DNA from: a virus
Taxonomy: Duplodnaviria > Heunggongvirae > Uroviricota > Caudoviricetes
IMG/VR virus record: IMGVR_UViG_2703718849_000006
Span: 1-24,131 of that record
DNA length: 24,131 nt
Direction: 5' to 3' (one strand)
The stretch's first letter is position 1; each line of letters begins with the position of its first letter. Below the pieces are notes generated by a model. The model had not been told where the DNA came from. It saw nothing but the letters and a program-made list of their open reading frames with translations, and did not search any database. This document shows, in pieces, positions 1-24,131 of this stretch. Position numbers and translations under genes: made by a program.

Positions 1-24131
<24,131 letters not shown>

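Overview
This window reads as the late (packaging, head, tail, lysis) region of a lambda-like siphovirus or prophage from an AT-rich host, almost all on the + strand. Gene order, by motif and position: a cos-like GC-rich dyad, a Nu1-like small terminase, a GpA-type large terminase, a gene in the gpW position, a lambda-type portal, an S78 prohead protease fused to a scaffold-like acidic linker and an HK97-fold major capsid protein, a ~1150-aa side fibre with a C-terminal S74 chaperone domain, the tail tube, G/T-like chaperones, the tape measure, then M/L/K/I/J-like tail-tip genes and a GH24 lysozyme on the opposite strand. Three things stand out. (1) Nearly every long gene is broken into ORFs in different frames by small indels, several at homopolymer runs, with synteny and gene length preserved; this is either indel-prone sequencing or a decaying prophage and I cannot tell which from sequence alone. 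(2) A two-gene cassette of membrane proteins on the minus strand (367..1751), with its own terminator and divergent from the terminase operon, is the best candidate for an accessory or undescribed system (superinfection exclusion, abortive infection or lysis control), but its function is unknown. (3) The side fibre begins with a domain paralogous to the tail tube protein and carries an internal duplicated module. All homology statements are from motif recognition by eye; no database search was run. No rRNA, tRNA, CRISPR array, integrase or att site was recognised.
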